A stretch of 64,000 nucleotides of DNA. Origin: Myxococcota bacterium (lineage in GTDB: Bacteria > Myxococcota_A > SURF-8). Below the pieces are notes generated by a model. The model did not search any database, had not been told where the DNA came from, and worked only from the letters and a program-made list of their open reading frames with translations. The stretch lies in contig CAXXQS010000002.1 of assembly GCA_963674735.2 (NCBI GenBank), positions 1,376,001 to 1,440,000 of the forward strand, read 5' to 3'. Of this stretch, positions 34,101 through 49,100 are shown in pieces. Each line of letters begins with the position of its first letter. The stretch's first letter is position 1. Both the position numbers and the translations under genes were made by a program.

Positions 34101-37100
34101 AAACTGGTATGCGTTTACTCAAACCTTCGATCGCGCCGGTGCGACTCCGAACCGCAGCGCCGAGTGGCTGGCCTTCGGTCCTTTCGAAGTGGATACGCGC
34201 GATCCGGTAGTGACACTCGGCGACCCGCGCATTATGGTCGATAACGGAAGTGGGACGTTGGTCGATAGCGACTTTACGCATACTCCCAATGTTTTCCTGC
34301 ATTTCCGTGTTGAAGACCTGAGTGCTTACATGGTCAAGGACGACAGCCAGATTACGGAAGGCGAGGCCGATCCTGCCTCGACTCAGTGGATTGTGCCGTC
34401 GCTGGCCGATTGCACCAAGCAAACCAGCGGAACGACGGATATCTGGACCTGCGATATTCCGCATACGTTGTCGGGGACCGACCAGGACGATTATACTGTC
34501 TATATGCGGTTCATGGATGACGTGGGCAATGTTACCGACAACTACAGCGATACGATCACGCACGATAGCGAAGGCCCGGATCCGGTTTCGTTGACGATCG
34601 GTGAGGATGTTGACGGAACCTTCTCCGAACTCGAATTCACCAACCGCCTCGAAAACATCGGCGGTGTCTGGAAGGCTTTGGCCGACCTCGATCTGCAGGC
34701 GACGGATAACTGGCCGCCGATCACGATGGATCTCAGCAACACCAATGGCAGCTGGCCCAATAGCTGGCAGTCGCTGAGTTCACCGTACCTCGAGTGGGAG
34801 CTGGATGTGAGCAGCACCACCACGCCGGTTGAAGAGACCGTGTCGGTATATGCCCGTTTCCGCGATGGTAGCGGAATCGAGCAAAACCAGAGTAGTGCCT
34901 CTGATTCCATCAAGTTCGATACCCGCGGTCCGCAGGTGTGTAACCTGGAGTTCATGAGCGGGACGAACGATAACGGCACTTTGCGTTCCAATACCAAGTC
35001 CGTGGCGGTTCGACTGGTTGTTGAAGACTGGTGGAGCCCGTGGAAATATGCATTGTCTCGCACGACCAGTACGGGGACGATTACCGAAATCTTCACCTCT
35101 CCCCTCGATACCTCCTGGGATCTGGTCCCCTCTACCGACAACACGCTTTACGATGAGCAGAAGTCGGTTTATCTGAAGTGCTGGGATGGTGGCGACAACC
35201 ACGATGCGACCAACTCCGTCGATCAGAAGAGCATCGTCTACGATAACCGCCCGCCCAAGGCGCGCTATGTTCAGGCTTGGCCGCAGGTCGAGTACCCGAC
35301 CGGGAACTTGTATACCGCCTCGCGCGATATCGATATCCGCCTGGTGGTTGAAGACAGCAACATCACCGGCAATGCCTGGCTGGAACATTGGTTCCCGGTT
35401 CAGGTGCGGTTGTCCAACGACGGTGTTTTCGATGGTCAGGATGATCTTGGCGGGACATTTGTTGAACATGCCGAGGAACTGACCTGGTATAGCTTGGGCA
35501 ATCCCTATAGCTATGATGGCAGCAGCCAGTTGATTCCGCTTACCGTTCCGACTACTTGGCGTCTAACCAACGGTGACGACACCAAGACGGTTTACATGAA
35601 CTTGAAGGATGGCGGTGGCAATGAATGGAGTGTGGTTGGAACTCTGCCGACCGACACCATCAAGCTCGATACCGCCGGTCCGACCGGTGAGATGGATGTG
35701 GAAGACCTGGATGGGTATATCAATACCGAAAACGGTCAGGTTCGTATCATCCTTTCGAATGTGGTGGAACAGTGGCATCAGGTACAGATGCAGGTGCGCC
35801 ACGAACATCGGACAAGCGGTGGAGCTATCGATTATTCAGGCGATTGGACCTGGGAGAAGGTCTGCTCCTCTGCCCAGAAGACCAGCGACGGCTGGTGCCC
35901 GGTTAATTACGATTTCAATACCTGGCAGCTCGGGAAAGATGTTGATGGAACTTGGACCGTTCTGCAGGGTGACTGGACCGTCTATGTCCGTCTGCGTGAC
36001 GGCGGCAAGAACATCAATGTCATCGGCTCCGAAACCGTCTACCATTCCACCGAAGCGCCCGAGTGCAGCCTCGTGATCAATGGTGGGGCGGAATGGACCA
36101 ACGACCCGAACGTGGATCTGCTGGTCACGAATGTTTGTGATTCCGGAACCGACGACTGCGAGTCGGTCGGTAAAACGCCGGTTTCCTATACGGCTAAAAA
36201 CGTGCCGGGCGATTACTCGGGTCCGTACTGGGACTTCACCAACCCCTCCACCACGAAAGTCGATTGGCCGATCCTGACGGATCGACCCGACCAGACCGAT
36301 GGTGAGAAGATCGTTTACGCCTACTGCAAAAATGCGGCGAACAACATTTCGTCGGCGGCGTTGAGTTCGATCAAGCTGGACACCTATGCCCCGGTACCGC
36401 CGACAACGAGCGGCACGCCTCAATCGCCGACACCGGATCGGGCGTATTGCAACAACGATCCGGCTCCAACCTGGACCTGGAATGCGTGGTCCGATAACAG
36501 TGGCTCGACGATCGGTTCCTCGGGTATCGACTACTATGTGGTTTATTGGGGAACAACGGCCTTCAGTTCCTGTGCGGGCTGTAGCGACACGGTGGATGCC
36601 GACACGCGGGCTAGTTCATACCAATACACCAATGCGGTCGACGACATGACGGATACCGTCGGTGGCACCACTTGGTATTTCTGGGTGAAGGCGTTCGATA
36701 AAGCCGGAAATGAATCGGAAGTGACCTCCGGTTCCGGTTCGATCGTCATCGATACCATCCCGCCGAGCTTGGCCAGCGCCTGGATGACTATTTTCGATGA
36801 TAACCGTGCTTGGTATAACAAGTACTACCCGCTTACTGTCCGATTGGATGGCGTGGTTGGTGCGTATCAGATGCTGGTGGATAGCGAGCATGATCCCACT
36901 CAGCCGCTCAACCTCTACCCCGATGATGTCAGTGGCTCGGCTCCTTGGGTCGGTTACAATCAGATTATCAGCTTCATCAGGATCGAACCGGACGGTGAAG
37001 ACGAGCATCGTTGGATTTCCATGGTGTTCCGTGATCGTGCAGGCAACGTAACCAACACCTACATTGCCGATGATATCGGTATCGATGTGTCCAAACCTGT

Positions 37101-40100
37101 GTGGTCGGGTGCACCTACCTGCGGCACGTCGCCGACCAACGATAACACCCCGACCTGTGACTGGACCGGTTTGGTTGAGGATACCGTGTCGGGCTTCCAC
37201 GATTCGGCGCCGTTTGTGTTGCGCTGGGAGAAGGGCTCGAAGAGCATTACGGTCACCACCACCGACTTCACTTACTCGCTGAGCGACATCCCGGCTGGTA
37301 CGGGGTTGGGCGATGGTGAGTGGACCATGTGGGTGACGGCTTACGATAAGGCCAACAACAACGAAGCGTCGAGTCAGGTCACTTTTACCGTCGATACGGA
37401 ACCGCCTGCGGGTGAATTGACCATTACCGATGCGGTGAGCTACGACGGTCATGAGACGATCTACACGCGCTTTGCCGATGTGGATCTGTCGATCCCGTTG
37501 ACCAGTGAAGGCAGCGGCTTCGATCCGGCCGATTACCAGATGAAGTTGTGGAACGCAGGCGAGAGTGCTCCCGCCTATGCGGCCTACGAAGATACCAAGA
37601 GCGACTGGCCGCTGTTCGATTCGGCGACGGCCGGTGAGAAGACCATTCAGGTCTGTTTCAGTGATTTGGCGAATAACGAGAGCGAATGTCCGCCGGTTTT
37701 GGCGAATACGCCCGATCACATTGCGACGATTTACTACGATCCCACTCCGCCGCCGGCCGTGACGGCTCTGGCTGCGGATGATACCTTCGCTTCTCCGGAC
37801 GGGCCGAGTACGGCCGATCGTACGCCGTCCTGGTCCTGGTCGTGGTCCAATGACGATGCCACCGGTGCCTCCGGCGGACGTGTTATCAACCGCTATCGCC
37901 TGGAATGGAAGAAAGTCGATCGTAACGACGATAACGTGATTCTTGAAGGCCCGTTCCCGACGGCCTCCGAAGATCCGATGTTTACCGACGGCACCAGCTT
38001 CCAGCATGTGGATGAGCTGTCGAAGGGTAAATGGATCATGACGGCCTGGGTGTACGACAACGCAGGCAACGAGTCGGCGGCGGAGACGGCCACCGTGTTT
38101 ATCGAGGCCATTTCGATCCCGGCTCGCCCGATCGTTACACGCGGTGCGTTGTATCCGCTGAACAGCGGGATGGCGGCTGCGTACTTGACTCTGGATGTGG
38201 ATAGCGAAAATCCGATCAATACGCTTTACAGTGTGTACGAAGAAACGACCGGCAAATATCTCAAGGCCGACGGAACCTTGAGTGGCGATGAAGTCGGTCC
38301 TGAATCGGGCGACCCCAGCGTGCCCAGTATTTGGCGTACCATCAACGAATGGAATCCGGCCGGTCAGCCGCCCTTCATCATTCGCGGTCTGGAAAACGGC
38401 AAGGTTTACCGGTTCAAGGCCAAAGCCTTCTACACCGGTTTGAACAGCTCCGATTTCGGAGAGGCCATGCCGTTTGTGCCGGGCGATCATATCGCCACGA
38501 AGGCTGCGAACTTGGCGGCGACGACGGTCAACCATGCAAACGGGTACCCCGACCACGTGGAACTGTCTTGGAACTTCGATTGGAATGCCTTCAGTCAGGC
38601 TGCAACTGTTTACGATGCACCGCTTGACGCCGGCTATGAACAGTTTGTTGTCAACCAGGATCTGGCTACGGGTGGTGTAACGGTTGTTTCTTATGCGGAT
38701 AACAACCAGGTTACGGATGGTGTCACGTCGGTGATTCTCAACCGCGGTGATTCCATTGTTCTTCCCGATGCGAGTGTGACTCCGGCCTATACCTTGGAAC
38801 CGAAAACGAAGATCGTCGGTTCCGGTCCCTTCACGGCGAAGGGCAATGGTCCGGATGTCGGCGGCATGCTGGTTCCGGGGGCGTATGCCGATACGGCCTT
38901 CGCTTCGATCGCGGCGCGCAATAGTGATGTCGTCATTACGGTGTTGGCCTTGGAAGAAGGTACTGATATCGGGGTCTATGAGAACAACGGTGTGTTGAAG
39001 GATTCCGCCAATTTGGGACGCGATGACTTCTATCGCTTCGACAACCTTGGATTGGGTAAAGACTCGACGGTCAGCGTTTTGGGTAACAAGCCTTTCCTGG
39101 CTTACTACACGGCCACCGGGTCGGCGGCGGATGATTTCTATCCCATGCCGCCGTTGGCCACGGAACTTTACGGCGTTCCCAGTTCCAGCTTCCGTCTGGC
39201 TTGCCCGACCGCCGGGACAACCGGAACGATTTACAAATCCGATGGCAGTTCGACCCCGTTCAGCTGCGGTCCTACCAGTTCCGTCAGCGATACGGGAGCT
39301 TCTTTGGGTGCCGGTCCGGCTTATCGGGTTGTCTCGGACAACTATCCGATCGCGGGTCTTGGCTATGCGGACAGTTCCGGTGGTGAAGGTGAATCGCTCA
39401 TTCCCAAACGCTTCATGGGTAATGCGTTTACGGTTGCCGAAGGGACGATATATGTTGCCTTGGCGCTACAGGAACAAGGGGCTACCGTCACGGTTTACGA
39501 TCAAGATGGAAATGATCGTGGCTTGACGCCGACCGCAACGGAGTCGAGTTGCAGCGGTTGTCCGGGCTATGCGCTTCTGGGTGCCGTGAATGCGGGTGAC
39601 CTGATCGTTACGTCATCGGCTGCCATGGCCTACTACGACAGTGCATCCGGTGGTTATGAAACCGGTATTGCCGCGTGGCCGATGTGGACCAATACCATCC
39701 AGCGGGCCGATGGCTCGGGTGATGGGATGCTGACCTCGATGGGAGGTTGGTTCGACGACTTCAGCACGGCTTCCATGTCCAACTACAGCTCTGCTTTCAG
39801 CAGCGGTTTCGCGATCGGCGGCGGGCAGTTGGTGGACAACATTTCCGGTAATAAGCTTGGTTTGGTGTACGACGCCAACAGCGGTTCCGACTATATCGTC
39901 GAAGCGGATGTCTTCAATGGCGACGGACCGGATTCCGGTCTGGTTGGACTGCTGTTCCGCTACGCAAGTGCAAGCGATTACTATCTCTTCGGAATCAGTT
40001 CGGAGTCCGGTGTGCAAGGTGCGCGCCTGCTTCTGCGTCAAAATGGTGTGGCGAGCTCGGCTGAAGCTTCGCTCGTCGACCTGCCCCTGCAACTGGAGTC

Positions 40101-43100
40101 GAACCGCTGGTACCATCTGAAGGTGGTGGCCAAAGGTAAACGATTCCGTTGTTATGTGGGTGATTACCTGGTTATCGATCACTTCGATAAGAACGCTCTG
40201 GCAAGTGGAAAAACCGGTGTGTTCTCGGGTGAAAACTCGGCACAGGTTGTTTTCGATAACTTCAGTGTGGCTCCGATTTCCGATGCCGCGGCTTATGCCG
40301 CCGATGATGCCCACGACGTGATGCCGCCGAACGCGGTGGACGAGGGCAACCTTGGCATCACCTCGGGACAGACCCAGAGCGATCCGCCCACCACCATTTC
40401 TTGGTACAACGATCCGGTGGTCGGTTTGTCGTGGAATACGCCTTCCGACGTTGCGACGGATTACACCTTCGTGCAGGATGTGGCGGATCCGGACGGCAAC
40501 TTCAACAACGGTTTCGAGAACGGTGGCTTTGAGCTGGCAATTTCGGCTGATAACTGGGGTAATGAAGATAGCGATTGCTCCGATGGCAAGTGTCATCTGC
40601 GGACCCTCGATCTCGATGGAAATCCCGCCAGCTTCGCGGGCTCGTCGAATTATGCCTGGCGCGTGAAGACCGATGGCAATGTGCCGATCCCGGTCATGGT
40701 GCAACAGGCACCCGATCTGTCAGCGACGAATACGAGCTTCCTCTTCGAGTTTGCGTACCGTTGTGTTGAAGCGACCGGCTCGAACGGTTGGCAGTTCTAT
40801 TTCGCCAATAATGCTCAGTCCGTATTCCTGCGTCCCAGTGGAACGGCGGTTCTGGCCAGTGGTGAACGACTGGCCAAGGATATGTCCAACTTCACCTGCG
40901 ATGCGGATGAAGAGGGCGTGTTCCGTGCCGTTTTGTCTCGCAATGCGTCGGTTGACGATTTCCAGTTCTTCCTGGTCGAGCATCCGGCAGCGGGTGCTCA
41001 AGAAATTCTGCTTGATAACCTGCGGTTACGCAAAGTCGAGCAGACGTCGGTTGTTTCGGGCCTGGACGGATACGCGTTTGTGTGCGGGACGGATACCGTT
41101 AACAATTGGACCAAGAACAAGGAAGAAACGGTTACGTCGGCGAATTGCGATTTCTCGGCCAGCCAGGGCGGCAACAACTTCATTCACCTGCGTACGGTTG
41201 ATAACCGTGGCAACTGGGATGAAGAAGAAGATGTCGTGACTTTGGGACCGTTCTACATCGATATCGAAGCGCCTGATGCTCCGGGTGAGCCGGACACCGA
41301 GCGCGACCCGATGAACGAGCCGCGACCGACTTGGTCTTGGACGCGACCCGCCGATAATCCGGCGCTTGATGCTTCGGGCTTGGATGCGGCGCATACTTAC
41401 ACGGTTTACTGGTCGTTGGACCCGAACGCCGACGAAGCGACGCTACGTTCGGCCGATCAGTATGACGAAATCACCGATATGCCGGATACGCGACCCGGTT
41501 ACGCGGATCACTCGATTTACACGATTCCGGAAACCAAACCGGGGCTTACCCATACGTCGGGTGAGAGTGCGACGTGGCATTTCTGGGTTTACGCCATCGA
41601 TAAAGCGGGCAATGTTTCCGATCGTTCCGTCGGGTCGGTTGAAATCGATTTGATGGGTTGCGAGATGCCCGACACCGATGCCGTGGTGTTGGAAGATGGG
41701 GCCGAATATACCCCGAACCAGGCGGCCAAGGTTGTCGTCGCATCGAGCGGGACGTCCTGTTACTGGATCGGTCTCAGCAATACGCCGGTTATGCCGGATT
41801 ACGAAGATTTCAGTGCTTCCGACGGCAGTGGCCGCTGGTTCGACTTGCGAACCTTGACGCCTGCCGATACCGTGTTGAATTGGGATCTGGATACGGGCTT
41901 GACCAATACGGATGACGGCATGCGTACCGTGTATGTGTGGGTCCGTGACACGGCTTACAATGTCGAGGGTCCGAAATCGGATTCGACTTACCTCGACCGG
42001 ATCAAGCCGAGTACGCCGGGTAAACCGATTGCGACGAGCGAACCGGTGAATCCGAGCGATCCGTGGCCTGAGATCAACCCGAACTCGGATACGACCCCGT
42101 TGTGGCGTTGGGTGGCATCGACGGATAACCTTTCCGGTATTCGCGATGTGAACGGATACGAGTTGCAGTGGGATACGGATGTCAACTTCAGTAGTCCCGT
42201 GTCGCAGCTTTTGGATCCGGAAGAACTGCGCGACATCCAGGGTGTCTCGAACAGCATCTACAACCATCCGAGTGAGGAAGCGAAACAGCTTTCCTACGAT
42301 CCGTACAGCCTCGTCAACAAGACTTGGTACATGCGTGTACGGTCTTTCGATAATGTAGATCATGCGAGTGACTGGTCGGAACCGATCGGTAGTATCACGG
42401 CTCAGGTCACGATCGATATCACGTGGCCGGAGGCGGCTTTCACGATCGACGATGGGGCGGAAATTACCTCGAACCGGCGCGTTACGTTGGATGTAACGAA
42501 CGCGACGGATCTGTGGCAACCCATCACGTTTGCAGTGGCCAACACCGACAATCCGTTGAGCTTCGATTACACGTATCCCGCTAATGCGGAGATTACCAAC
42601 TGGGATCTGACGTCGAGCTTGCCGGATTACGGAACTCCGGGATTCGATCCGCCGGACGGCGAATATGAAGTCTACATGCGATTCCGCGATGGTGGCTTGA
42701 CTCCGACGCCGCAGGATGTGTTGGAAAGCACCAAGCAGGTTATCATTCTCGATACCCACGGTCCCGACTGTAACGGTGACGACGATAGTGGCCTGATTGC
42801 GGCGCGTTATCATGAGTCCGGTTATGGTTTGGAGATGTTCTGGGACGAGCCGAGTGATCCTTATTCGGCGGTCGATCATGTCTACCTGGAAGTCAGTGTA
42901 AACGGTGGAACCTACACAACGCCATCTACCGTTCCTAGCGGTAACCTGGCTGCGGACAGCACCGGTTACTATGACTATGGCTTGGCTCAGGGTTCCAGCT
43001 ACCAGTATCGTTACAAGTGCTACGACGATCTGGGTAACTCGTCCGACTTTGTTTATAGCGAAGTCCTGGTACCCTCCGATACGACGGCTCCCGCGACGCC

Positions 43101-46100
43101 GGTCAACTTCACATGGCGAAGCGAGATTGATACTCCGTCGAGCAACCCCGATGTTCAGGGTTCCGTGAAGTTGAGCCTGATTTGGGAGAATGTGACGGAT
43201 GTGGATCTGTCTCACTACAATGTTTACGGCTCCATGGTTCCCACGGACCTGACCAACCGTCTGGTGGCGGCCGGTTGCGGTCTCTCGATGGGGTCGGGTG
43301 CTGTCACCTCGCCATGCAGTTTGGCCGTGGATGGCAACGGCACCACTTACTTCGAGTTGGATCAGCCCGGTTACGATATGGCCGAATGGCTGCTCGACTC
43401 GTCCGAGCATCTGGGTAAAGTGCGGGTGCGCTTCTACGACGACGACAACCGTATCTTCAAGCGCGAACAGATTCGTATGTACACCGGCGTGAGCGACTTC
43501 ATTCGCCTGTCGCCTGACGGCTTGCTCGAGGATATCGTCGATGGATTCGCGTGGCGGGCCGACCGCAGCCAGATGAGCTTCCCGGTACCTTACGATGCCG
43601 GTTCGGCATTGCGAGTGGCCGCGCTGTTCGACGGTATTACCGAGGCGCAGATCAGCTCGACCGACGACAAGGTTCGGATCGTGGAAATCGAGGCCTTCGG
43701 TTCGCGTCTCAATATTTCCGATATCCAGCCCGCTTCCGATGGCGGAGACCCGGATTACCCGGACACCAAGTTCGAGTGGACCGTGACCGGCATGGAAGAG
43801 TGGCATTTCGCCGTCGATTCGGTGGATACCGCGAACAACGCTTCGGAGCATTCGAACCCGATCGTCAGTATTCAGGCGATCGATTCCTCGCCTCCGTACG
43901 CTCCGGTCATTTCGGCCGCCAAATTCGGCGAGCCGTCCGAAACGGTGGCTGAAGGAACTTGGTACGGTTTCGATGATGTGACCTTCGGCTGGACCTCCAG
44001 CGACAAAGAAGGTACGCCGATCGTCAACTACCGTTGGTATTTCGATGCTCCGGGTGCCGAGTGCACATCGGGCAACTACGACACCAACGGGAATTGCCAT
44101 GGTTTGACCATCTCTTACGATCAGATGGACATCCCCGATTGCGTCAGTTCGGTTCAGCCTTGGCGTTTCTACGTGCAGGCGCAAAACGATGTCGGTTTGT
44201 GGTCCGCTTGGAGTTACTTCGAGATCAGCATCGAAACGCGCGAACCGCTGGTCTTGAATCTGACGGCCCCCGACTTCGACGATTTGCCTGTCGTGACGCC
44301 TCCGTATTCCAACGATACGTGGGAAAACAACGACGCTCCGTTCTTTGTTTGGGCCACGGATCCGGATACGGTATCGGGTATTCAAGGTTATGTCTGGGAA
44401 TTCATTCCCGAACCGAGTGTCGGTTACGACCCGACAACCTGGACGCCTGCGGATCCGAACAACATCGAATCCTATAGTGCCAATCCGCTTCGTGAAGACT
44501 TCACGGCGGTTGCCGACGGGCGTCACTGGTTCCACATTCAAGCGGTTTCGATTGCGGGTGTTGTAGGCCCGGCCAGTCATTACCTGGTGAAGATCGATAC
44601 GGCGCCGAAATACCTCGACATCTTGCTGGTGGATCAGCAAACGACGGAAAGTGTCTGGTATTCCTACGACAGTGTGGATGAGATCAGATGGCACTCGCAG
44701 GCGCTCTCCGGTATTCACAGCTTCACCTGGCAGTTCGACCAAACTCCGGGTAGTGCCTTCTCCAGTTTCGGAGCCGAAGCGGAAAGCGTTTCCGTCCTTG
44801 GATCTGAGGATGTTGAAGAAGTGGAAAGCGCCTACGATCTGCCGTGGGATGTGAGCGACAATCCCAGCACGTTCCCCGATAGCGGTGTGTGGACCTTCCA
44901 CTTGCAGGCCACGGCCAATTCGGGAGCGACCAGCAACGTTCTGCACCGCGACATACAGGTGGATCTCGGACCGACAACGCCGGTCTTCAACGGGACACTC
45001 TCCAGCGAGAGCCCGGATGACACGGCGGATCCGAGTGACGAGTTGTGGATCAACGAGTCGCAGCCTGTTACGGTTTGGAACGTCAGTTCCTTGTCCGGTA
45101 TCGAAAAAGTTCTCGTTCTGGTTACCCAGGATGCGGGCGAAGTGCCGACCGAATCGACACCGGGTGTTGTGGTGATCAACGATGCCGATGATGGCGTGGC
45201 TGACGGTATCGTGGCCAATACCTACCAGACTCCGGTGATACCCAGCGGTATCTGGTATGTGATCGTGCGCGCCCAGAACCGGGCCGTACCGGCCGTGTGG
45301 AGCCAGGCGGCAGCCCGCGAGTATAACGTCGATACCGGCCCGACGCTGCCGGAAGTGACGGCGGATCCGCATGCGGATGAATCCGTCTGGTATGCGGAAG
45401 CTCTCGATGAGACGACGCTCAGTTTCTGGGCGGCGGCCTTCTCCGGCGTTTCGAAATTCCAGTACACCTGGGGTCGCGATGAAACGTTGCCGACCACGCC
45501 GACTTGGACGGACATTGCGGTTGATGGCGGCGACATCGATGCGACCTGGACGGCGGGTCCGGATTCCCCGGAACCGCTCGACTTGCCGCGTTACAAGCAG
45601 ACCTTGGATCGCTCGGATCTTACTCCGGGAATCTGGTATCTGCATGTCCGTGCCGTCAACGGCATCAGCGTGCCGGGACAGGTGAAACGATTCAGCATCC
45701 ACATGAATGAGGAAGCGCGGATCGAAGATGTGTCGGTTGGTCTGGATCCCGTCAAGACGGATGCCAGTGAAACTCAGGTGACGACGGTTGAAATCTACGA
45801 TTACAACACGGCGGCCAACATCAAGAAGGTGCATCTGGCGATTGACGCGTTGAATTACGATTCCAATCCGACCGGTGACGCGGTCAAGCGCGGATACTTC
45901 ACGTGGTCGCCGACTGAAGGCTTTACGAAGCTGGCCGGAAACGGCGGCGATCATGTGTTGCTGAGCGGATCGGTGGTTGATCCCAAGCCCACCGATGCCG
46001 ACTACAATACGGCCACGACTCTGGTCGTGCAATTCAAGTGGCTGCTACTCTCCACCTATGGAGATACGCAGGCGAATCAGGTGAAGGTGATCGTGGAGGA

Positions 46101-49100
46101 CTACACCGAACCGCCGACCCCGGCGAGCGGGTGGAACACCAGCGCTCCGACCTTCGATTCCAACAAGCAGGTTCCGGAAACCGACCATGTATCGCCTTTG
46201 AGCGGTGTGTGGTGGCAGCCGGAAAATTACACATACAATGACAGCGATGACGACTGGGGCCGTCCGAATCTCAAGGTTGAAGAAGTTGACGATCCGAACA
46301 TGCACGATGTCGTATCGTACCTGTTCTCGATCTCAACCCAGCCGGACGGCGTTTCAGGCACGCTTGGTGAGCAGTTGTTCGAGTCGGGTTGGTTTATCCC
46401 CGAAACCGGCGACTATGATCTGAGTGGCAATATCCAGTGGCAGGTGGAAGGCCCGGCGGAAAATTACCTGCGCCTCAGCACGGCTTACTACTATTGGATC
46501 AGCCGCACGCGTGACAACCATGGCTGGGAAAACGATTGCAACGATCCGTTCAATCCGGCCAATGGTTGCGAGCCGTGGCTTTTGAAGGTGGATGCGACCA
46601 AGCCTGTGATTACCAGTTTGACGGCATCGCCGCAAAACGATCCGGAGCAGTGGAGCAACGACGATACGCCGCGTCTGACGTGGAGTGCGGCGACGGTTTC
46701 ACCGGCCCAGATCGACGGTTTCTCATGGAGTGTGCCGTTCTCCAATACGTCTTACACCGATCATGCGGCGCAGACACCGGACGTCGACCGATTGAAGGAC
46801 GAGGGTTCTGCAACAACGGCGATTACGCTCAACCCGTTGAGCGACGGTATCTCCGTTTTCCACATTCGGACCGTAAGCTTGGCCGGTCGCTGGGGTGACG
46901 ACGAAACGAAAGTTTTACGTATCGATACGTCGCCACCGATCAAGCCGACCACTTATTCGAGTACCCACCCGAACGGGCATGCGGAAGATCCGGAAACCTG
47001 GTACACCTCCTATGATGTCCAGTTGGGTTGGAGCGGCTATGATGAGACGGTGCAGCTTTGGGATGGTCGCCCCGGTATTACGCACTACAGCTACCTCCTG
47101 AGCACCAACGACAGCGCCGATGCCGGACAGGTTACGACCAATACGCCGCCTGCGCCGACGAGTAAGTCCTACACCTTGCCGAATGATGGTGTGTATTACT
47201 TCTACGTTCGTGGGCGTAATGAAGCGACGATCTGGGGTCCGCAGGACATCTTCACGATCCGTGTTGATAAATCGGCCCCGCTCAAACCTGAGATCACCAA
47301 TGCTTCGCACGACGAAGACAAGTGGTACTCGTCGCGTCATCCGAGCTTTGGGTGGATTGCGTATGATTACGATCCGGACGATCCGAGCGTCGATCCCGAC
47401 AACCATCCGCCGATCAGCAATTATTGCTACATGATCGACGACCGGCTGCCGTCGGATACCGTATGGAATAACGAAACGTACTGCACCAACAACGGAACGG
47501 TTGCCAACGTAACGGTTCATACGGTGACAGGCGATGGCTTGGGTGACGGTACGTGGTACTTCCATGTCGTGGCCCAGAATGCGGCGGGTCTGTGGGGACC
47601 CTTCGAGCATCACAAGATTCAGATCGATGGGACCGTTCCTTCGCCTGCCGATGCCGGGTTTAGTTCTCCGACTCATCCGGATAGCGATAACGCAACCGAC
47701 CCGGCCCCCGATTTCTGGTACAACGAGACCGGCTTCGGGATTTACTGGGCGACCAAAGACACCGCCCCGATCGTTGAATACTCGGTCGGTGTTTCCAATA
47801 ACCCGAGCTATTCCCCTTCGACGACATCCGCTCAGGTTTACAACCCTGTCGCTCGTGCGGAATGTCCGGATTATAACGGACCGGACGGGACACCGGATGG
47901 CGTGGTCGACAGCTATGACGCCTGCATGATGTTCCCGAAGAATTCCGCCGACTGGCCCTACGATATCACGCAGGGTGGGGCGACGGCGGCCGAAGGGAAC
48001 TGGTATTTCCGCGTGAAAGTACGTAACGCTTCCATTGGTGGACAGCCGATGTGGAACACCGATCCTATCGGATTCGATTTCAAAGTCGATACAACTGCTC
48101 CGCCTTTGGAAAACGTTGTCATCGATTCCACTTCACATGTCAGTGGGCAGCCGAACGGTTCGACCAATGCCCAGTTCTCGTGGACGGCGACGGAAGAAAG
48201 CGGCCAGTCCGACATCCGGGATTACTGCATCAAGTTGCATAAAGCCGCGGATGTGGGGAACTACAACGACTGTGACTGCACTGGTCAAGAAACGAACGGA
48301 ACCCTGGCCAACGGCAGCATCGTAACCACGGACGTCAGTAAGGTATACAATCTGGAAGTGCTTTACCCGGCTGATCCCGATGGTCATTATTACTTCACGG
48401 TGCGGGCTCGTAATACGTCGCAGACGACTGAGGGGTCGCATACTCTGTGGAGTGAAGCCCAGCGCTTCCATCTGTGGGTCTTCTCGGCCGGTGCGTCGAC
48501 CCCGGTTATTTACGCCGAGAATCATTCTCCCTCGACTACGTGGTTCTGGGACGAGGATAACAATAAGAACCAGCTGCGCTTCGAGATCGAATCGACGGCA
48601 CCTGCGGGCATTGGTATTCGTGCCTATCGTTACCTGGTCGCTCTCGATAAGAACTTCGAAGATGGGGATGAAGGCGGCTTCAATCCCAACAACTACAGCT
48701 GGATCGAATGGCCGGCCACTCAAGCCGAGCAAGATGCGGCCTGTGACGCCGGTGGTCTGACGGGACATCCTGAGTTCGCCGAAGTATCCTACGGCGTCAA
48801 ACAGGAAGGTGAGTACTGGCTGCACGCCGCTGCCAAGGCTTGTGGTGATGCTCAGGATTGGAACTACAATCACCGTAAAGCCCGTGTGGATAGTTCGGCT
48901 CCTGAGGTTCAGACGCTTTCGTTGAGTGACGACTTTACCGCCGTTGTCGGGGGTAATGGTTGGTGTCAACGCGCTGATGTCGAAGGCGAGACGAACCCCT
49001 GCCGTAATCCGAAATTCGTCTTCCGTTCCAAGGATACCGGAACGGTTTGGAACGGTAGTGCATGGGAGCTTATCGAAGCGGGTCGTATTCTCGGATACAG

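Noticed and set aside
41443-46032. 1,529-aa minus-strand ORF, and similar ones at 36616-38556, 11650-12999, 16667-18514 and 9462-11084
   Set aside because: Antisense shadows of strongly codon-biased genes; Arg/Ile/Val/Gly-rich with no motifs.
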